Assembly (NCBI RefSeq): GCF_022985615.1
Contig: NZ_CP094965.1
Location: 30,001 to 62,000 of the forward strand
DNA: 32,000 bases
Direction: 5' to 3'
Origin: Candidatus Karelsulcia muelleri
Lineage (GTDB): Bacteria > Bacteroidota > Bacteroidia > Flavobacteriales > Blattabacteriaceae
A model generated the notes under the pieces. That model worked only from the letters and a program-made list of their open reading frames with translations, made no database searches and had not been told where the DNA came from. Of the stretch, positions 26,752 through 32,000 are shown one piece after another. Position numbers and translations under genes: made by a program. Numbering within the stretch: position 1 is the first letter of the stretch; the number at the start of each line of letters is the position of its first letter.

Positions 26752-27810
26752 TTAAGTTGAGATTTTAAATCGCCACTTAAAAGGATCATTGGATAAATTA
26801 TGCTGTATATCTAAGATAGATTTTTTAAAAAAATAAGAAATTCTTTTTTTCTTATTTAAAGAAGGTAATATATAATTCCTGTTTTGTATACTAATTAATT
26901 TTAAAGGATTAATTATTACAGCAGTACCACTCCCAAATATTTCATTAACTAATTTTTTTTTTAAATAGTATTTTAATTCTTCAACAGTTAAGTATCTTTC
27001 CTCTACTTTAATTTTATTTCTTTTTGCTATATCTATAATACTTTTACGAGTTATTCCATTAAGAATTTTATCGTCAGCTGGTGCAGTAATAAGACAATTT
27101 TTAATATAAAAAAAAACATTCATAGTACCAGATTCTTCAATAATGGAATGTGTCCCTGAATCAGTCCATAAAATTTGATCATAACCTTCTTCTTTTGCTT
27201 TTTGAGTTGGAAAAAATGAAGTTGCATAGTTTCCTGCTGCTTTAATAAAGCCAATTCCACCATTAGAAGATCTACTGTATTTTTGTTCTATTTTAACTTT
27301 TAATGGTCTTGAATAATAATTATTTACAGGGGTACAAATAACTAAAAACATATAATTTGAACTTGGTTTGGCTGATAATAGACCATCTGTTGCTATCAGA
27401 AATGGTCTTATATATAATGAATATCCATATTTAATTGGAATCCAATCCTTATCCAATTTTAATAAATTAATTAATCCTTCAAAAAAGATATTATATGGAA
27501 TAGTTGGCATTTGCAAACGTTTAGCCGAAATATTAAAACGATGAAAATTTTCTAAAGGTCTAAATAAAAAAACATTTTTTTCTTTATCTTTGAAGGCTTT
27601 CATCCCTTCAAAAATTGCTTGACCATAATGAAAAACTAAAGTAATTGGAGAAAAACTAAAATTACTAAATGGTTTTATTATAGCTTCATTCCAATTTTCA
27701 TTTTTATATTCACAATATAATATATGATCAGAAAAATATTTCCCAAAAGGAATATCTATCTCCCAATTAATTTTATCTATACTAGATATTTTGCATTTTT
27801 CAATACGCAT
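26752..27810 (-). CDS. ilvE: Branched-chain amino acid aminotransferase
   Basis: 352-aa fold-type IV aminotransferase pattern (..FEGMKAF.., YIRPF, GNYATSF.., ..NGITR.S..). Its stop abuts the mnmA stop with zero spacer. Confidence 0.9.
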   Translation of the reverse strand: MRIEKCKISSIDKINWEIDIPFGKYFSDHILYCEYKNENWNEAIIKPFSNFSFSPITLVFHYGQAIFEGMKAFKDKEKNVFLFRPLENFHRFNISAKRLQMPTIPYNIFFEGLINLLKLDKDWIPIKYGYSLYIRPFLIATDGLLSAKPSSNYMFLVICTPVNNYYSRPLKVKIEQKYSRSSNGGIGFIKAAGNYATSFFPTQKAKEEGYDQILWTDSGTHSIIEESGTMNVFFYIKNCLITAPADDKILNGITRKSIIDIAKRNKIKVEERYLTVEELKYYLKKKLVNEIFGSGTAVIINPLKLISIQNRNYILPSLNKKKRISYFFKKSILDIQHNLSNDPFKWRFKIST

Positions 27811-27852
27811 ATAGTAACTTTCTTCTTCAGATTAATAGTTTCTTCCTATTCC

Positions 27853-27921
27853 TATTACTATTACTATTACTATTACTATTAAAGATTAAGATTTTTATTT
27901 CTTCTTAATCTTAATCTTAAT
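27853..27921. repeat. (TATTAC)4.8, then an aagattaagat / atcttaatctt inverted repeat and (CTTAAT)3 running into the def ATG
   Basis: The tattac array spans 27853-27881. cttaat x3 spans 27904-27921. The 11-bp perfect inverted repeat has arms at 27882-27892 and 27908-27918. Confidence 0.9.
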
Positions 27922-28372
27922 GATTTTACAAATTATTAAATATGGAGATAAAATTTTACATAAAAAATGTAAAAAGATAAAAAAGAATATTTTATTCGAA
28001 GGTCTCTTTGAAAATATGTTTAATACATTACTTGAAAATATGTTTAATACATTACTTAAGTATAGAGGAGTAGGTTTATCTGCTCCTCAAATTGGGATTT
28101 CTTTGCGATTATTTATAATCAATTATTTTGATTCAAGAAAAAACATTTTTTTAAATACTAAAATTTTAAAACAATTTGGAGTTTATAAAGAGTATTGCGA
28201 AGGTTGTTTAAGTCTACCGAAAAGTTTTTATAGAATTAAAAGGAAAGAAATCCTTTTAATTGAATATTTTGATGAAAAGTGGATACGACATAATCTACTT
28301 ATAAAAGGTTTTTTAGCTCGAGTTATTTTACATGAATATGATCATATAAATGGAAAACTTATAATTCTTTAA
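27920..28372 (+). CDS. def: Peptide deformylase
   Basis: Motifs GVGLSAPQIG, EGCLSLP and HEYDHINGKL. 150 aa. Confidence 0.9.
   Translation: MILQIIKYGDKILHKKCKKIKKNILFEGLFENMFNTLLENMFNTLLKYRGVGLSAPQIGISLRLFIINYFDSRKNIFLNTKILKQFGVYKEYCEGCLSLPKSFYRIKRKEILLIEYFDEKWIRHNLLIKGFLARVILHEYDHINGKLIIL
28010..28057. repeat. 24-bp x2 perfect in-frame duplication (ENMFNTLL x2) in def
   Basis: gaaaatatgtttaatacattactt occurs at 28010-28033 and 28034-28057. Confidence 0.95.
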
Positions 28373-28700
28373 TAATTTTATTAAATATATTATATTCATT
28401 AATAATAAGATTTGATATCGTTTTACGATTTAATTTTAAATTATTATTTTTTAATTTTTTAATAAAATTAGAATAATTTAAACCAAATTTTCGAACAGCA
28501 GTATTAATTCTAATAATCCATAGCTTTCTAAAATTACGTTTTTTTTGTTTTCTACCTATATATGAATAACACCTAGATTTTTCTACTGCATTTTTTGCAA
28601 CAGTGTATAATTTACTTCTAGCACCATAAAAACCTTTTGCTAGTTTTAAAATCTTTTTCCTTTTTTTTTTAGCTGCAACTGAATTAACTGATCTTGGCAT
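28359..28700 (-). CDS. rplT: 50S ribosomal protein L20
   Basis: MPRSVNSVAAKKKRKKILKLAKGFYGARSKLYTVAKNAVEKS... is the canonical bL20. Its 3-prime end overlaps the def 3-prime end by 14 bp (convergent). Confidence 0.95.
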   Translation of the reverse strand: MPRSVNSVAAKKKRKKILKLAKGFYGARSKLYTVAKNAVEKSRCYSYIGRKQKKRNFRKLWIIRINTAVRKFGLNYSNFIKKLKNNNLKLNRKTISNLIINEYNIFNKIIKEL

Positions 28701-28703
28701 ATA

Positions 28704-28910
28704 TTATAATAATAATAATTTTTTTATTTTATTTTTTAGATAATTTTTGATTATCTCTAAATTAGATAATCTTCTTTTCCTTTTATTAGATTTTTTAGTT
28801 AATATATGATTTTTAAAAGCTTTTTTTCTTTTGAGTAAACCCTTACTGGTTATTTTAATTCTTTTTTTTAAACTTGATTTCCTTCTTAATTTCTTTTTTT
28901 TTATTTTCAT
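28704..28910 (-). CDS. rpmI: 50S ribosomal protein L35
   Basis: ...KKRIKITSKGLLKRKKAFKNHILTKKSNKRKRRL matches the bL35 core. It sits between infC and rplT. Confidence 0.9.
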   Translation of the reverse strand: MKIKKKKLRRKSSLKKRIKITSKGLLKRKKAFKNHILTKKSNKRKRRLSNLEIIKNYLKNKIKKLLLL

Positions 28911-28920
28911 TTAGTTTCCT

Positions 28921-29475
28921 TTAGTTTAGTTTCTGTACTTTAGTTGTAGTTGTATTTGTATGTGAAACTTTAGGTATTAATACTATAAACATTTTTTTTT
29001 CTTCTATTCTTGGTGGAATTTCTACTTTTGTAATATTACTAAGTAGTTCAATACATTTTAATAACATTTTTTCTCCTAAATATTTGTAAAATATCCCTTT
29101 CCCTTTAAAAAAAATATAAAATTTAACTTTATTATTAGATTTTAATATTTTTTTAGCATTTTCTATTTTAAACGATAAATCATGTATATTAGTCTGAGAA
29201 GTTAGTCTTATTTCTTTAGTCAAAATTACATTTTTTTTATATTTTTTTTTCATTTTTTTTAAGTTATATAAAAATTTACTAAAATTCATTGCTTTACAAA
29301 TTGTCGGAGTAACTTTTGGATTAATTTCTACTAAATCTAGAGAAAGATCTTTGGCTATTTTTAAAGCTTGTTTTAATGGGTAAACTTTTGGTTTAATGTT
29401 TTTTCCAACTAATCTGACTACTTTTGATCTTATTTCAGAATTTATTTTATATTTTATTTTTTTTTTTATTCTCAA
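28921..29475 (-). CDS. infC: Translation initiation factor IF-3 (non-ATG start)
   Basis: ...INSEIRSKVVRLVGKN...LDLVEINPKVTPTICKAMNFSKFLY...MFIVLIPK is collinear with IF-3. The track start codon is TTG (complement of 29473-29475) and no in-frame ATG is nearby. It has the usual infC-rpmI-rplT order. Confidence 0.9.
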   Translation of the reverse strand: MRIKKKIKYKINSEIRSKVVRLVGKNIKPKVYPLKQALKIAKDLSLDLVEINPKVTPTICKAMNFSKFLYNLKKMKKKYKKNVILTKEIRLTSQTNIHDLSFKIENAKKILKSNNKVKFYIFFKGKGIFYKYLGEKMLLKCIELLSNITKVEIPPRIEEKKMFIVLIPKVSHTNTTTTKVQKLN

Positions 29476-29537
29476 ATTTTTTATTTTTCTTATTTTTCTT
29501 GATAAGATTAGTCTAGCTTTTAGCTGACGGGTTGTTT

Positions 29538-31415
29538 TTATTTAACCTCTTCATAATCTACATCTTGTACTTGTGAATCACTAGATTTTTTTTCTTTATT
29601 TATATTATCGGTTTCGTTTTTATTAAAAATTTCTTGTGAAGTTGCCCAAAATTTATTAATCTTCTCAACATATTTATCAATATCTATAAAGTTTTTATTA
29701 CTTGTAGCTTTTTTTAATTTTAATAAATAAGTTTCTATATTTTTTAGTTTGTCAGGAGTTAATTGTTTTCCATATTCTTTAATATATTTCTCAGATTGAA
29801 AAATTAATGTATCCGCATAATTAATTTGATCGATTTCTTTTTTCAATTTTTCGTCTCTTTCATAATTTTTTTCGGCCTCTTTTTTCATTTTTTCTATATC
29901 TTCTTTGCTTAAACCAGAAGAAGCTTGAATTCTAATTCTTTGTTCTCTTCCAGTTCCTTTATCTTTAGCAGAAACATTTAAAATACCATTAGCATCTATA
30001 TCAAAACATACTTCTATTTGTGGTATACCTCTAGGAGCTGGAGGAATGTCAACTAAATCAAATTGCCCAATTTCTTTATTATCTTTAAATAGTGGTCTTT
30101 CTCCTTGTCCCACTTTAACTGTTACAGCTGATTGGTTATCAATTGCTGTAGAAAATATCTCTGATTTTCTAGTTGGTATTGTAGTGTTAGATTCTATTAA
30201 TTTAGTAAAAACACCTCCTAAGGTTTCTATTCCTAAAGACAATGGAGTTACATCTAATAATAAAACATCTTTTATATCACCTGCTAATACTCCACCTTGA
30301 ATAGCAGCACCAATAGCTACGACTTCATCTGGATTAACACCTTTTGAAGGTACTCTTTGAAAAAATTTCTCTACTTCTTCTTGAATTTTTGGTATTCTAG
30401 TTGATCCCCCTACTAAAATAACTTCATTTATATCTTTTACTTTTAAATCTGCAGCTTTTAAAGCATCTTTACAAGGCAAAATAGATCTTTTAACTAATTG
30501 ATCAGATAACTCTTCAAATTTTGCTCTAGTTAAGGTTTTAACTAAATGTTTTGGTCCAGTTGCTGTTGCAGTTATATAAGGTAAATTAATTTCTGTTTTA
30601 GTACTAGAAGAAAGTTCAATTTTGGATTTTTCTGCTGATTCTTTTAGTCTTTGATGTGCAATAGGATCATTCCCAAGATTTATTCCTTGTTCTGCTTTAA
30701 ATTCTTTTATTAACCAATTGATTATAATTTTATCAAAATCATCTCCACCGAGATGAGTATCACCGTTTGTTGATAATACTTCAAAAACTCCATCTCCCAA
30801 TTCAAGAATTGAAATGTCAAAAGTTCCACCACCTAAATCATAAACTACTATTTTTTTATTTTTATTCTTTTTATCTAAGCCATAAGCTAAAGCAGCTGCT
30901 GTTGGCTCATTGATTATTCGTTCTACTTCTAGTCCAGCAATTTCACCAGCCTCTTTAGTGGCTTGACGTTGGGAATCATTAAAATATGCTGGTACTGTAA
31001 TTACTGCTTTAGTCACTTTATATCCTAAGTAATCTTCTGCAGTTTTTTTCATTTTTTGAAGTATCATTGCAGATATTTCTTGTGGAGAATATAATTTTTT
31101 CTCTATTTTTACTCTTGGAGTATCGTTTTCACCTTTAATAATTTCATAGGGTACATATTTTAATTCTTCAATTACTTCAGAATATTTTCTTCCCATAAAA
31201 CGTTTAATAGAGAATATAGTATTTTTAGGATTAGTTACTGCTTGGCGTTTAGCTGGATCACCTATTTTCATTTCTCCTCCTTCTTCAATAAAGGCTATTA
31301 TAGATGGAGTTGTACGTTTGCCTTCAGAATTTGGTATAACAGTTGGACCATTTACTTCAATAACTGAAACACAAGAATTAGTAGTACCTAAATCTATACC
31401 TATTATTTTATTCAT
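29538..31415 (-). CDS. dnaK: Chaperone DnaK (Hsp70)
   Basis: [18 protein letters not shown]..., [26 protein letters not shown]. 625 aa. Confidence 0.97.
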   Translation of the reverse strand: MNKIIGIDLGTTNSCVSVIEVNGPTVIPNSEGKRTTPSIIAFIEEGGEMKIGDPAKRQAVTNPKNTIFSIKRFMGRKYSEVIEELKYVPYEIIKGENDTPRVKIEKKLYSPQEISAMILQKMKKTAEDYLGYKVTKAVITVPAYFNDSQRQATKEAGEIAGLEVERIINEPTAAALAYGLDKKNKNKKIVVYDLGGGTFDISILELGDGVFEVLSTNGDTHLGGDDFDKIIINWLIKEFKAEQGINLGNDPIAHQRLKESAEKSKIELSSSTKTEINLPYITATATGPKHLVKTLTRAKFEELSDQLVKRSILPCKDALKAADLKVKDINEVILVGGSTRIPKIQEEVEKFFQRVPSKGVNPDEVVAIGAAIQGGVLAGDIKDVLLLDVTPLSLGIETLGGVFTKLIESNTTIPTRKSEIFSTAIDNQSAVTVKVGQGERPLFKDNKEIGQFDLVDIPPAPRGIPQIEVCFDIDANGILNVSAKDKGTGREQRIRIQASSGLSKEDIEKMKKEAEKNYERDEKLKKEIDQINYADTLIFQSEKYIKEYGKQLTPDKLKNIETYLLKLKKATSNKNFIDIDKYVEKINKFWATSQEIFNKNETDNINKEKKSSDSQVQDVDYEEVK

Positions 31416-31460
31416 GTTAAATTCAATTAATTTTTTAATTAATAGACTTAATTATATTAT

Positions 31461-31617
31461 ATATAATATAATATAATATAATATAATATAATATAATATA
31501 ATATAATATAATATAATATAATATAATATAATATAATATAATTAATTATATAATTAATTATATAATTAATTATATATAATATTAAGATTAATATAATATA
31601 ATATAATATAATATAAT
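31461..31617. repeat. (ATATA)16, (ATTAATTATATA)3, then (ATATA)n again
   Basis: A perfect period-5 array spans 31461-31540. A 12-bp x3 array spans 31541-31576. A second period-5 run spans about 31591-31617. All lie in the divergent dnaK/rplM spacer. Confidence 0.95.
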
Positions 31618-31652
31618 CGTATTTAAAAATCAAAATAAAATTATATCAGACA

Positions 31653-32000
31653 GTGAAAAAACCAATTAATTGGTATATTTTTAATGCCTTTAATAAAACT
31701 CTAGGACGTTTAGCATCTGTTATTGCTTGTAGCATCTGTTATTGCTTGTATAATTATTGGAAAACATCAAATTAATTTTTCTAAGTTGTGGAGATAAAGT
31801 TATTATTATTAACGCTAAACATATTCTTTTAGGGAGTAAAACAAATAATAAAACCTATATTAGTTATAGTGGATATCCAGGAGGTAAAAAAGTAAAGAAA
31901 GTATCTGAATTAATAAAAAAAAGACCAGAATTTCTAATTAGAAAAGCTGTATTAGGTATGTTACCTAAAAATTCTTTTAAAAAAAAAATAAAAAATTTAT
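31653..32000 (+). pseudogene. rplM: 50S ribosomal protein L13 gene, split over three reading frames as assembled; runs off the right edge
   Basis: Own translation. The coordinate mod 3 = 0 frame from GTG 31653 gives (M)KKPINWYIFNAFNKTLGRLASVIAC, then nonsense and a TAA at 31773. The mod 3 = 1 frame over 31732-31785 gives ASVIACIIIGKHQINFSK. The mod 3 = 2 frame from 31787 gives CGDKVIIINAKHILLGSKTNNKTYISYSGYPGGKKVKKVSELIKKRPEFLIRKAVLGMLPKN... Concatenated, these segments are collinear with uL13. Confidence 0.7.
31712..31749. repeat. 19-bp x2 perfect tandem duplication inside rplM (out of frame)
   Basis: agcatctgttattgcttgt occurs at 31712-31730 and 31731-31749. Confidence 0.95.

Noticed and set aside
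2187-30300. Short ORFs antisense to or nested in conserved genes (2187..2408, 5092..5379, 6519..6839, 7973..8161, 13082..13348, 16157..16369, 17243..17437, 17941..18387, 19126..19359, 20835..21044, 21759..22118, 23016..23198, 24038..24265, 24299..24496, 25039..25254, 30046..30300)
   Set aside because: Each lies wholly or largely within a well-supported gene, mostly on the opposite strand. They encode Phe/Ile/Leu-rich low-complexity peptides, as expected from antisense of Lys/Asn-rich AT-biased genes, and have no recognisable motifs.
3274-31617. Tandem arrays as possible CRISPR loci
   Set aside because: Units are 4-21 bp and directly contiguous, with no unique spacers of 25-40 bp between them. 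No cas-like ORF is present, and several arrays lie inside coding frames.
1-32000. UGA-to-Trp recoding (translation table 4), as seen in some tiny symbiont genomes
   Set aside because: Conserved genes are full length under the standard code, Trp positions use TGG, and TGA closes mnmG, mnmA, holB and ybeY at the expected protein ends.
1-32000. Insertion sequences, prophage, integrase or toxin-antitoxin / defence modules
   Set aside because: Every ORF above about 100 codons is assignable to a housekeeping family. No transposase, integrase or nuclease-like ORF is present, and no terminal inverted repeats flank a cargo.

Overview
This is an extremely AT-rich window (spot counts give roughly one-fifth G+C). 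It is gene-dense and made almost entirely of housekeeping genes. In order they are: der, lipA, a COG1579-like coiled-coil gene, a 2-Cys peroxiredoxin, two tRNA-Leu, trpS, frr, asnS, tRNA(CAU), rplU-rpmA, tmRNA, rpsF-rpsR-rplI, gltX, rplY, tRNA-Cys, ybeY, mnmG, glnS, holB, lepA, tRNA-Asn, ileS, grpE-dnaJ, mnmA, ilvE, def, rplT-rpmI-infC, dnaK and rplM. The standard code applies: TGA terminates several conserved genes and Trp is TGG. Gene content, the tmRNA tag (GKNYSLKLAA) and the Bacteroidota-type YbeY motif (HGVLHLIGYED) point to a tiny Flavobacteriales-like obligate insect endosymbiont genome. That placement is inference and cannot be confirmed without a database search. I see no mobile element, CRISPR-cas, defence, secretion or biosynthetic gene cluster, and no novel multi-gene system. 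The unusual feature is the repeat biology. Almost every spacer longer than about 100 bp is filled with mosaics of perfect micro- and minisatellite arrays with units of 4-21 bp. The ileS/grpE divergent spacer alone holds about 700 bp of them. The same tandem-duplication process reaches into genes. It forms repeat-encoded C-terminal tails on ileS, rplY and infC. It produces perfect in-frame duplications in def, holB, ileS, grpE and the COG1579 gene. It also gives a 13-bp x3 array inside the tmRNA and duplications seeded on the 3-prime ends of tRNA-Cys and the tmRNA. A perfect out-of-frame 19-bp duplication, together with a second frameshift, breaks rplM as assembled. Other points are a collapsed mdh relic, an untracked 29-codon highly basic ORF abutting the tRNA-Leu pair, and loss of zinc-binding cysteines in DnaJ and the COG1579 protein.
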